Shown here: positions 19,973 to 28,598 of the stretch, one piece after another | Position numbering within the stretch: position 1 is the stretch's first letter | How the letters are laid out: each line of letters starts with the position of its first letter | Assembly: GCA_038740345.1 (NCBI GenBank) | Contig: JAVYMA010000004.1 | Coordinates: forward strand, 21,978 to 85,977 | Source of the DNA: Methanomassiliicoccales archaeon | Lineage (GTDB): Archaea; Thermoplasmatota; Thermoplasmata; Methanomassiliicoccales; UBA472 | Length of the DNA: 64,000 bases | Reading direction: 5' to 3' | The notes under the pieces: model-generated | Told to the model about the DNA's origin: nothing | Databases searched by the model: none | What the model saw: the letters and a program-made list of their open reading frames with translations, nothing else | Position numbers and translations under genes: made by a program

Positions 19973-20047
19973 GGGCAGGTGGCCTAGACTGGATATGGCA
20001 GCAGCCTCCTAAGCTGCAGGTCCGGGGTTCGAATCCCCGCCTGCCCG
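19973..20047 (+). tRNA. tRNA-Arg (anticodon CCU)
   Basis: I folded it by hand. Acceptor GGGCAGG/CCUGCCC, anticodon stem GCAGC/GCUGC with loop CUCCUAA, T-arm CGGGG-UUCGAAU-CCCCG, discriminator G. No CCA is encoded. Confidence 0.85.
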
Positions 20048-20381
20048 CTCCAATCATACTTCATCACTGGAGCATGAGCTTTAGGGGACCACAGCCTTGA
20101 AGAAAGGCATGGCTGCGCCGAGCACTTGTTTCCTTTTTCTTGTTCAAGATATCATCGCTTCCTCTCATCAGGAAGTTTCAAAAAGGATTAGTACCTGAAA
20201 CCTGAATGATTTCAATCGCTTCTATGCGACATGCCTTTGAGAAGACGAGGGCAAGGGGGCGTTATGCACTCAGCGTTTGGGGTAAGGGAATTAGAGGGGC
20301 TCGAATATGGCAAGAGCACGGCCTGCATATTCGCCTATTCCTCTCTGAAGCTGTGCAATATGATATGGCAGGAGTTGGGTT

Positions 20382-20750
20382 ATGGATCCTAAGTTGGGGC
20401 CTCTGAAAAAATGGAAGCTGATTAGGTATAGGGATAAGAGCGAGAGCATGAGATCCATTATCCAAGGGAGTGAGGCTGATCTTGTATTCCTTCCCGAGGG
20501 AAGGCTGGCTGGGAGTGGTGGGTGCAACCGTTTCATTGCAAGCTTTGAGAGCTCTGGGCATATCCTGGCGATCGGGCCAATAGGAACAACTTTGATGTAC
20601 TGCGACGACCCACCAGGGCTCATGGCTCAAGAATCGGATTATCTCAGCCGCCTCCAATCATCAGCGAGCTATGAGATAGAAGGCGAAAAACTCAAGTTCT
20701 TCGATGACGAAGGTCATCTTCTTCTCGAGTTCATTTTGTCTTGTGAATAG
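20382..20750 (+). CDS. META-domain (HslJ-like) protein
   Basis: 122 aa. GSGGCNRFIASFE...TTLMYC...ESDYLSRLQSSASYEIEGEKLKFFD matches the META domain pattern. Confidence 0.65.
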   Translation: MDPKLGPLKKWKLIRYRDKSESMRSIIQGSEADLVFLPEGRLAGSGGCNRFIASFESSGHILAIGPIGTTLMYCDDPPGLMAQESDYLSRLQSSASYEIEGEKLKFFDDEGHLLLEFILSCE

Positions 20751-20867
20751 AATCAGCCTTTAGGCAAATACGGAATATGCGATTCCAATCATACAACATT
20801 TTTCTATCTGGCTGATGATATTTATTATATATTTGGATGTATAATCCAACTCAACTTCGGTGATGCT

Positions 20868-21902
20868 TTGAGAGCAGCTCTGTTGAGAAGGCCGGGAGAA
20901 ATGGAAGTTACCGAGGTGCCTGAGCCTCCCTGCCCTGACAAAGGGCTGCTGCTCAAGGTCGAGACCTGCTCCATATGCGCCTCCGACCTCAAGATGTTCC
21001 GCCAAGGGCATAGGGATCTGAGATATCCTCGCATCCTAGGACACGAGGTGGTGGGTAGGATCGTGGAGGATAGATCTGAAGGAGAATGGAGCATAGGTGA
21101 AAGGGTTCAGATCTGGCCGGGCGACGCTTGTGGCCAATGCCGTTGTTGCGGCAAAGGGCTGGATAACCTTTGCCCCCAGGTGAGGATTCTAGGCTTCAGC
21201 TTAGACGGTGGCTTCGCCGAATTCATGGCCGTGCCTGAGGGATGCGTGGCGAGAGGGGGAGTGAACCTGGTCCCATCTTCCATGGCATCTGAAACCGCCT
21301 CGCTGGCTGAGCCTTTGGCCTGCTGTGTAAATGCACAGCACTCTTTGAATCTGGGGGAAGGGGATGAGGTTCTCATCATCGGCGGAGGTCCTCTCGGCGC
21401 CCTGCATGCCATGCTAGCACGTCATCGGGAAGCAGAGAAGGTGATCATCATCGAGAAGGAAGAGCAAAGGAGAAGAAAGCTTCCTGCCACCAAAGCGGAC
21501 TTGATCCTGGCCTCAGAGGAGGATTGGGAATCCGTGATAATCTCTGAAACACAAGGAAGGGGCGTAGATGCCATAATCATGGCCACATCTGACGTCGCGA
21601 TCGACTCTCATCTTATCGATTTACTCGCTCCTCGAGGTAGGATTTGCGTTTTCTCAGGGCTCCCCAAGGCAAGCTCCCTTGCCTCTCTGGATCTGAATCG
21701 CCTTCATTACGCGGAAAAAATCATCCTAGGCTCCTATGGATGTAGAAGTCAGGACTGCCGCGAAGCCCTAGGGATGTTGGCAAGGGGAGACCTAGAGGTA
21801 GAGTGGCTTTTGACGGCCAGGATCAGATTGGAGAGCATCATCGAAGGGCTAGAGGTAACGGCCTCCAGGAAGGGCATGAAAGTCACGGTGACGAATTTTT
21901 GA
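20868..21902 (+). CDS. Zinc-dependent medium-chain alcohol/polyol dehydrogenase
   Basis: TTG start. GHEVVGRIV, the structural-Zn Cys cluster CGQCRCCGKGLDNLC, and a GGGPLG Rossmann motif. Confidence 0.8.
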   Translation: MRAALLRRPGEMEVTEVPEPPCPDKGLLLKVETCSICASDLKMFRQGHRDLRYPRILGHEVVGRIVEDRSEGEWSIGERVQIWPGDACGQCRCCGKGLDNLCPQVRILGFSLDGGFAEFMAVPEGCVARGGVNLVPSSMASETASLAEPLACCVNAQHSLNLGEGDEVLIIGGGPLGALHAMLARHREAEKVIIIEKEEQRRRKLPATKADLILASEEDWESVIISETQGRGVDAIIMATSDVAIDSHLIDLLAPRGRICVFSGLPKASSLASLDLNRLHYAEKIILGSYGCRSQDCREALGMLARGDLEVEWLLTARIRLESIIEGLEVTASRKGMKVTVTNF

Positions 21903-21913
21903 GAGGTGAGGTA

Positions 21914-23032
21914 ATGGAAGATAAGCTGAAGTCTTTCGGTCTAAAGGTGGATGCATTGCTGAAAGGTAAGAACTTATCTAGGTCGGAGACCTATGAGATG
22001 TTCAAAGAAGTTCTGCTGGACGAGCAACCAGCTCTACAACAAGGGGCATTTTTGGCAGCGATAACTGCCAAGAAACCAACCCCCTGTGAGCTGGCTGCCG
22101 CTTGGCAGGCGATCTACGAGTTCGATACCGTGAAAGTCACTCCTGAGGTGGACCAGCCCCTGGTGGACAATTGTGGGACAGGAATGGACACCATTAAGAC
22201 ATTTAACATCTCCACTGCAGCTTCTCTTATAGCTGCCGCGGACGGCATCTTCCTCGCCAAGCATGGAGCTCGCGCTATAACCTCGAAGTGTGGGGTAGTG
22301 GACATCCTGGAAGCGCTGGGTGTGGATGTGGAGTGCGACACGAACGTGGTAAAAAGGAGCATAGAGAGCTGCGGCATAGGCATTTTCAACGGCATGAGCC
22401 CCAAAGTCCACCCGACTGCACTATTCCGCATCTTGAGCCAGATTCGATTCGGCACCATCCTCAATATGGCTGGCTCTTTGGCTAATCCCGCTTGCCCTAG
22501 GTATGGTGTCAGAGGCGTCTACTCCGCTGAGCTCGTCCTCCCTGTGGCCGAGGCCATGCGTGAGATCGGCTACAAGGGAGCCATCCTGGTGCACGGTCTG
22601 AACAAGGATGGGACGAAGGGCATGGACGAGATATCCTCCATCGGAAAGACTCTGGTAGCAGAGCTCGACTCGAGCGGCGATATCGAGACTTATTATCTCC
22701 AGCCAGAGCAGTTCGGGATCAAGGAGGCGGAGGAGAGAGAGCTCATCTGCTCATTCAACAGGGATGAGGAGGCCCTACATTTCCTTCGCATATTAGGTGG
22801 AGAGGAGAGGGGAGCTCGGAGGGATATAGTGTGCCTAAATGCTGCACCGATTCTCTACCTCATGGGCAAATCGAATAGCTTGGAGGAAGGATACGAGAAG
22901 GCACAAGACATAATTGATAATGGAGGTGCCATTAAGAAGCTGCAAGAGTTCGTGAGGACTCAGAGCTTGAAGCCAGAAGCGAGCTCGGCACACTTGGAGT
23001 CGTTGATGGAGAAGGCCAATGTGCTGGCATGA
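21914..23032 (+). CDS. Anthranilate phosphoribosyltransferase-like (glycosyl transferase family 3) paralogue
   Basis: GTGMDTIKTFNISTAA...AKHGARAITSKCGVVDILEALGV resembles the TrpD motifs GTGGD and KHGNR..S..GSAD.LEALG, but with substitutions. There are no trp genes nearby. The track ORF start at 21803 overlaps the upstream dehydrogenase, so I chose ATG 21914. Confidence 0.7.
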   Translation: MEDKLKSFGLKVDALLKGKNLSRSETYEMFKEVLLDEQPALQQGAFLAAITAKKPTPCELAAAWQAIYEFDTVKVTPEVDQPLVDNCGTGMDTIKTFNISTAASLIAAADGIFLAKHGARAITSKCGVVDILEALGVDVECDTNVVKRSIESCGIGIFNGMSPKVHPTALFRILSQIRFGTILNMAGSLANPACPRYGVRGVYSAELVLPVAEAMREIGYKGAILVHGLNKDGTKGMDEISSIGKTLVAELDSSGDIETYYLQPEQFGIKEAEERELICSFNRDEEALHFLRILGGEERGARRDIVCLNAAPILYLMGKSNSLEEGYEKAQDIIDNGGAIKKLQEFVRTQSLKPEASSAHLESLMEKANVLA

Positions 23033-23104
23033 GTTGCAATTTTTTGAATAAAAATTTAAAGGGTTTGGACGTGGAGAGGAACTCTTTTCAGAAGCAGTTC
23101 ATCC

Positions 23105-23434
23105 TTATCCCTCAGCCTCTCCCGTCCGAACTTTTATCACCTTTTGCACGGGTACGAGGAAGATTTTCCCATCTCCCACCTCTCCCGTTCGAGCCGATGC
23201 GCAAATAGTTCGGACCGCCCGATCTACCATCTCATCTTCCAATACTATCTCTATCTTGACCTTGGGAAGGAGATCGACACGGAACTTTCCTGCGCGATGC
23301 GTGAACTCCAGCCCCATCTGCTCGCCTCGGCCTCGAACTTCTGTCACGGTCATCCCTCGGACACCGATTTCATCCAAGGCTTGCTTGGTGGCATTCAAGC
23401 GCTCTGGTCGGATTATCGCCTCAATCTTCATCAT
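23105..23434 (-). CDS. glnK: P-II nitrogen regulatory protein
   Basis: MKIEAIIRPERL...TVTEVRGRGEQ (T-loop)...GDGKIFLVPV. It starts 10 nt downstream of the amt stop. The track ORF start at 23485 is an over-extension. Confidence 0.9.
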   Translation of the reverse strand: MMKIEAIIRPERLNATKQALDEIGVRGMTVTEVRGRGEQMGLEFTHRAGKFRVDLLPKVKIEIVLEDEMVDRAVRTICASARTGEVGDGKIFLVPVQKVIKVRTGEAEG

Positions 23435-23444
23435 GGTATGCACC

Positions 23445-24671
23445 TCATGAATAAGCGTTCTCACCATGCTGGATGATATCAGCACCGATGCGCTCCTCCT
23501 CCTTGCTCATGCGGATGGTCATGACCTTGCTCATCACTTTCATTATTACGAATGTGACTACAAAGGCGAAGGCGTAGACCGCCACCACTGCGATTACCTG
23601 GGCGCTAAGTAGATCAAAGCCACCTCCGTAAAACAGTCCCTTGGTTCCGGATGCAAAGGTGCCTGTGGCGAAAAGACCTGTAGCCACTGCACCCCATGTT
23701 CCACCTATGCCGTGGACACCGAAGACATCCAGGGCGTCGTCGTAATCGAAGCGCTTCTTTAGCAATATCCCACCATAGCAGAAAACACCGGCGCCTATCC
23801 CTATGACTATGGCTCCTGTCGCGTTCACATATCCACATGCAGGGGTGATGGCCACAAGGCCTGCGATGGCTCCCGATATCATGCCCAGAACACCAGGTCG
23901 TCCCAAGTGCAGCCAGCTAACCAGTCCCCAAGTGACTGTGGCGGTGGCCGCTGCTATCATCGTCACCACGAAGGCGTTTGCAGCGATGCCATCAGCAGCT
24001 AGAGCGCTCCCACCGTTGAAGCCGAACCAGCCTATCCAGAGAAGTGCTCCGCCCAGTACCACGAAAGGTATGTTGTGCGGCATCTCTGCGCCTCCTTGCA
24101 TCAAAGAATTCCTCTTGCCCAATACCATTACCGCGGCAAGTACAGAGACACCTGCGGTGATGTGTACCACCGTGCCGCCTGCGAAATCCAATGATCCTAA
24201 CTGAGCTATCCACCCTCCTCCCCATACCCAATGCGCTACCGGTATGTACACCAATAAGGTCCAGAGGAAGAGAAGTATGACCACTGCCTTCAGTTTCATC
24301 CGTTCTGCGATGCCTCCAAGTATAAGCGCCACGGTGATTATGGCGAACATTCCTTGGAACATCATGAATAATATGCCAGGAATGCTCGTCCCATCATACG
24401 GAGGTAGTGGATCGATGCCGACCTTATCCAGCATCACCCAATCCAGGCTTCCGATGAAATCTTGGCCATTGCCTCCGAAGGCCAGTGTGAATCCAATCGT
24501 CACCCAGATCAGGGTCACCATGCCCACCACTATCAAGCTCTGACCCAATATGGATAGGACATTCTTCTTGCCCAGCATGCCTCCGTAGAAGAACCCTACC
24601 GCTGGCGTCATGATGAACACCAATGCGGCGGAGATCAATACCCAAGCCGTGTTTCCCGCATCTACTGCCAA
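23445..24671 (-). CDS. amt: Ammonium transporter
   Basis: 408 aa. DAGNTAWVLISAALV N-terminus, DFAGGTVVHITAG and FGVHGIGGTWG motifs. TTG start preceded by AGGTG. Confidence 0.95.
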   Translation of the reverse strand: MAVDAGNTAWVLISAALVFIMTPAVGFFYGGMLGKKNVLSILGQSLIVVGMVTLIWVTIGFTLAFGGNGQDFIGSLDWVMLDKVGIDPLPPYDGTSIPGILFMMFQGMFAIITVALILGGIAERMKLKAVVILLFLWTLLVYIPVAHWVWGGGWIAQLGSLDFAGGTVVHITAGVSVLAAVMVLGKRNSLMQGGAEMPHNIPFVVLGGALLWIGWFGFNGGSALAADGIAANAFVVTMIAAATATVTWGLVSWLHLGRPGVLGMISGAIAGLVAITPACGYVNATGAIVIGIGAGVFCYGGILLKKRFDYDDALDVFGVHGIGGTWGAVATGLFATGTFASGTKGLFYGGGFDLLSAQVIAVVAVYAFAFVVTFVIMKVMSKVMTIRMSKEEERIGADIIQHGENAYS

Positions 24672-24755
24672 ATTTGCACCTCTTTGTGTTTTTTATTGAA
24701 GAGGAGGAAGGGGAGATTTCGTAGGGGGCATCGATCACCCCTTCCTCATATTTTG

Positions 24756-24799
24756 GGAATATCACACTACATTTGTATGATATTCCGTACAAAGTGTAG
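24756..24799. promoter_or_regulatory. Interleaved inverted repeats upstream of amt-glnK (candidate nitrogen-regulator operator)
   Basis: Read directly. GGAATATCA (24756-24764) and TGATATTCC (24778-24786) form a perfect 9-bp inverted repeat. CTACATTTGTA (24767-24777) pairs imperfectly with TACAAAGTGTAG (24788-24799). The element lies 85-128 nt upstream of the amt start and just downstream of an AT-rich TATA-like stretch. Confidence 0.4.
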
Positions 24800-25064
24800 A
24801 TAAAATGATAATAAAAATCTTTCTATTAAGACAAATGAACACATTACAATCATTATATTAATAAAATGTCTAATGGAATCAATATGAGTATCATCGGAAT
24901 CAAATATGTTATGAGGTGGGCATTTGGTCATAATTTAGGATTCACCTCAACTTCTATGTGAGAGTTCTGGAGTCGAGTTTCTCACGGTCGAGACATTTCA
25001 GATATCACTCATTGGATTATGGCAAGCTGGTAAATACCAGGAATCAGATTAATCCCAGAGTATC

Positions 25065-25397
25065 ATGACCTCCAGAGTGAAAGTGGACATGACGGTATGT
25101 GGAAAGCAGCACATAATCGAGGTTGAGATGACTCCAGAGATGGAATTCGAAGTCAGGGCGCAAACAGATTGTAAGAACGTGCGAGAGTTCATAGATAAGT
25201 TGGGAAAGCTCAGCATCACTGATCTATCAGACAAGAAGTCCAGTAAGGTATGGGAGGTTTTCAAAAATGTGAGCATGAGCGCCAACTGCCTAGTTCCTGC
25301 GGGAGTGATGGATGCGGCCTGGATGGAGGCGGGCATGCTTTCCAAGAATAGGGCGCAGTCCTGTGGGAGGAAATGTATAATTTATAACTTCGAGTGA
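25065..25397 (+). CDS. Hypothetical protein (110 aa)
   Basis: ORF with protein-like composition and several Cys residues, lying upstream of a disulfide oxidoreductase gene. I recognise no family. Confidence 0.4.
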   Translation: MTSRVKVDMTVCGKQHIIEVEMTPEMEFEVRAQTDCKNVREFIDKLGKLSITDLSDKKSSKVWEVFKNVSMSANCLVPAGVMDAAWMEAGMLSKNRAQSCGRKCIIYNFE

Positions 25398-25458
25398 ACA
25401 AGGGAAATCACAAACACTTTATCTCCACAAGCAAACATATGTAGTCAAGGAGAGCTGG

Positions 25459-26850
25459 ATGAAAGAATATGACCTCATAGTTATCGGAAGCGGCGCAGGC
25501 CTGAACGTCGCATCGCGCGCCAGGGCACAGAATCTTAGAGTGGCTTTGGTGGAGGACGGACCTCTGGGGGGCACATGCCTCAATCGGGGCTGCATACCGA
25601 GCAAGATTCTCATAGAGCCAGCCAATCTAGCTCGTTGCATTGAGGATGGAGTAAGGATAGGTGTGGGCGGCAAAGTGGAGTATATGGACTTTCAGATGGT
25701 TAGAGATCGAATGTGGGCTTTGGTCAATAGAGACCGACAGGAGATAGAGAATGGAATAAAAGCCGATGAGGGATTAGATCTCTACCAGATAAAAGGTCGT
25801 TTTGTGGGCGACCGCACCTTGAAGGTCGGCGAGGAGTTGATTAGGGCTCCCAAGGTGGTCATTGCTTGTGGGGTGCGCACTGCTGTGCCGGAGTTGAAGG
25901 GACTGAAAGAGGCTGGATATTTTACCTCAGAGACCGTGTTCCATTTGCACCGAATTCCTCCGCGCATGGCGATTCTGGGAGGAGGCTACAAAGCCTGTGA
26001 ATTCGGGCATTTCTTCTCCGCCTTTGGCTCTGAGGTTACCATCATTGGCCGTAACCCTGCCTTGCTGCCTAGGGAGGAACCAGAGATCAGCGCTGTGGTG
26101 TTCAAAAAGATGTCGGAAATTTGCCATGTGCGTGTCAATCAGGAATTACTTGAAGTAAAAAGCTCTGAAAAGGGAAAGACATTAAGGTATAGGGACCGGG
26201 CATCTGGTGAAATATTCGAGACGGAAGTGGATGAGATATTGGTGACAACGGGGGTTCGCTCTAACGCCGATCTATTGGAGGTAGAAAAAGGTGGCGTGAA
26301 TGTGGATCAAAAGGGATACGTCATCGTGAATGAGTACTTGGAGACCAGTGCCCCGGGAGTGTGGGCACTGGGAGATGTGATAGGCAGGACGATGTTCAGG
26401 CATACCGCCAACTATCATAGCGATATCGTTTGGTTCAATGCCTTCGGTAAAAGGAAGATAAGATTGGAAGAGCATGCTGTGCCACATGCGGTTTTCGCAT
26501 ATCCTGAGGTGGGCTCCGTTGGCATGACGGAGGCCGAGGCCAGATCGCGCGGCATCCGATATTTTGTGGGGTATTCAAGATATATCGATACGGCCAAAGG
26601 CTATGCTATGGCTGAGGAGGATGGACTTTGCAAGGTGATAGTCGACGCGGAGAGCATGCGCATATTGGGAGCTCATGCGGTCGGCCCTCATGCCTCCCTC
26701 TTGGTCCAGCCAATCGTATACCTTATGAACGCAGGGGACGGGACTTTTAACCCCATTGCCCGGAGCCAAACTATACATCCGGCCCTGAGCGAAGTGATGG
26801 TGAACGCTTTCGCCAACCTCTCCGACCCTGAGCATCACCACCAGCATTGA
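25459..26850 (+). CDS. FAD-dependent pyridine nucleotide-disulfide oxidoreductase (dihydrolipoamide dehydrogenase / glutathione-reductase family)
   Basis: IVIGSGAGLN FAD motif, redox-active GGTCLNRGCIPSK, a second Rossmann motif ILGGGYKACEF, and a C-terminal dimerisation domain. Confidence 0.85.
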   Translation: MKEYDLIVIGSGAGLNVASRARAQNLRVALVEDGPLGGTCLNRGCIPSKILIEPANLARCIEDGVRIGVGGKVEYMDFQMVRDRMWALVNRDRQEIENGIKADEGLDLYQIKGRFVGDRTLKVGEELIRAPKVVIACGVRTAVPELKGLKEAGYFTSETVFHLHRIPPRMAILGGGYKACEFGHFFSAFGSEVTIIGRNPALLPREEPEISAVVFKKMSEICHVRVNQELLEVKSSEKGKTLRYRDRASGEIFETEVDEILVTTGVRSNADLLEVEKGGVNVDQKGYVIVNEYLETSAPGVWALGDVIGRTMFRHTANYHSDIVWFNAFGKRKIRLEEHAVPHAVFAYPEVGSVGMTEAEARSRGIRYFVGYSRYIDTAKGYAMAEEDGLCKVIVDAESMRILGAHAVGPHASLLVQPIVYLMNAGDGTFNPIARSQTIHPALSEVMVNAFANLSDPEHHHQH

Positions 26851-27801
26851 TCATAACAGTCCTGGTCTCTCGCCATTATGATCATGGATAGGCTTGGCGT
26901 TCAGTTCTCGCATCTTCCATTCGCCCGTTAGCACCGCCAGATACGGGACAGGGGGAAGGAAGAAGAAGAATGAAGCAAAAAGAGCGGCCAACTTCTTATG
27001 GCTTGGTAATGATTTTACCTTGGTACGGACCACATCCTCGGGTTTAGCCTCATAGCTTCGTTGCAGCATCGACTTCAAGATCTGCAGATCTGATTCCAGT
27101 ACCACTTCCATGGTCCATTTCACTCCCATGAGGACGGGTTGCCGCTGTCCAAAGGCTCTGGTGGTCCGTGTTCGGACCGCCCTGAAGAAGTCCTCTGCAC
27201 CCTGGCCATCGAACTCAGTGTAACCACAGCCTATGGTATCCAAGGTGTGCGAGTCGCTCCCTCCCAATCGTGCCCAATCTCCTCTCTGCGAATGCTCCAG
27301 AGCACGGTGGTTCGCGAATCCGTCCACATGGCCGGCGTTGAACACCTCTAAGGCGTCGATGGGAAGTCTATCCACCATATAGCCAAGTGCAGGCACGTGA
27401 TTGCTGAAGGGATGGGGTGCGACCACCAATCCTCCTTGCTCGCGAATAAGATCTATGGTCTCCGCGGCGGGCAGTCCTTTGGGTATTTCTTGCGTCAGAA
27501 AGAGTCCTATAATCTCTCCCTCCCTGGCGCTGACTTCTTCTCCCACCACCACGCTCACGCTCTCATGATGTTTCGCATATTTCTGAGCTAGCAAAGCTCC
27601 TCTTATCGTATTATGATCGGTAATGCACACTGTATCAAGGCCAATTGCAGCCGCTTTCCTCACGATATCCTCCGGCTCCACCACGGATTCTGGGAACCGG
27701 AGGAAGGCGAGGCGGGCGAGGCCTGAGTATTTAGAATGAACATGGATATCGGCCCTGCTCACCATCCAGAAACTGCAATAGAGAGATGCGATAAAAAGCA
27801 T
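26851..27801 (-). CDS. PHP-domain phosphoesterase with C-terminal membrane anchor
   Basis: ADIHVHSKYS, ITDHNTIRG and APHPF motifs of the PHP fold. Hydrophobic C-terminal segment LAALFASFFFFLPPVPYLAVL. The likely start is the ATG at 27765. Confidence 0.7.
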   Translation of the reverse strand: MLFIASLYCSFWMVSRADIHVHSKYSGLARLAFLRFPESVVEPEDIVRKAAAIGLDTVCITDHNTIRGALLAQKYAKHHESVSVVVGEEVSAREGEIIGLFLTQEIPKGLPAAETIDLIREQGGLVVAPHPFSNHVPALGYMVDRLPIDALEVFNAGHVDGFANHRALEHSQRGDWARLGGSDSHTLDTIGCGYTEFDGQGAEDFFRAVRTRTTRAFGQRQPVLMGVKWTMEVVLESDLQILKSMLQRSYEAKPEDVVRTKVKSLPSHKKLAALFASFFFFLPPVPYLAVLTGEWKMRELNAKPIHDHNGERPGLL

Positions 27802-27899
27802 TCGGAGCTCGACGGGGGGTCGTGGTTTAACCTCTCGCCTAATTTTTCGCCTGAGATATCGTGACTCCAGGAAGCGAAGCGATAAGTAACCCTTAGAGG

Positions 27900-28565
27900 A
27901 TGAAGCAGACTATTCAGGCGGCGAGGGAAGGTTTCAAGCGCATGGGGCTGATGGACGCAATAAATCAATACGTCATTGAGCTTATCTCTACCGCTGGCTA
28001 TCCTGGATTATTCCTCGCCATGTTCATAGAGGGAATCCTGACCCCCATCCCCAGCGAGCTGATAATGCCCTTGGGAGGATATCTTGCCTCTACTGGCCGT
28101 TTCTCACTCCCCATGGTTATTCTAGTGGGTTCGCTCGGTGCCATGTGCGGCTCGTCTGTGGCCTATGGAATAGCTAGGGCCTTGGGAAGACCGTTAGTGG
28201 AACGATATGGGCGATATATCTTCCTTGATGGAAGGAAGGTAAAAAAAGCAGAGGATTGGTTTCAAAGATGGGGTAGCCTGGGTATCCTTCTAGGCCATGC
28301 CGCACCAGGGATAAGATCGATAATATCCTTTCCCGCGGGGATATTCAAGATGGAACTCAAGCGTTTCGTGATTTTCACCTTTTTCGGAGCCTTGGTATGG
28401 AATTCAGTGCTTTCAACTGCTGGCTATCTGTTAGGAGAATATTATATAGAATTATGGAAGGTCTTGGATGGCTGGGATCTCGCAATACTGGCAATTGCTG
28501 CGATCCTGGTAGTCCTCTACCTTTATCTTACCAGAAAAAAAGCTGACGAAAGCACGGAGTCCTGA
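27900..28565 (+). CDS. DedA-family membrane protein
   Basis: 221 aa. GYPGLFLAMFIEGILTPIPSELIMPLGGYLA is typical of DedA. Confidence 0.8.
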   Translation: MKQTIQAAREGFKRMGLMDAINQYVIELISTAGYPGLFLAMFIEGILTPIPSELIMPLGGYLASTGRFSLPMVILVGSLGAMCGSSVAYGIARALGRPLVERYGRYIFLDGRKVKKAEDWFQRWGSLGILLGHAAPGIRSIISFPAGIFKMELKRFVIFTFFGALVWNSVLSTAGYLLGEYYIELWKVLDGWDLAILAIAAILVVLYLYLTRKKADESTES

Positions 28566-28598
28566 TCGGTCGCCCTGAAGTCTTTTAAAGATCAATGA

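Noticed and set aside
18437-20057. Minus-strand ORFs of 248 aa (18437-19183) and 242 aa (19329-20057)
   Set aside because: They are antisense to the M42 peptidase and the FKBP gene, and the second also runs through tRNA-Arg. Neither has recognisable motifs. Both are shadow ORFs.
21803-21913. N-terminal extension of the TrpD-like ORF
   Set aside because: It overlaps the 3' end of the dehydrogenase gene and encodes non-homologous sequence. The ATG at 21914 follows GAGGTGAGGTA, an SD-like sequence.
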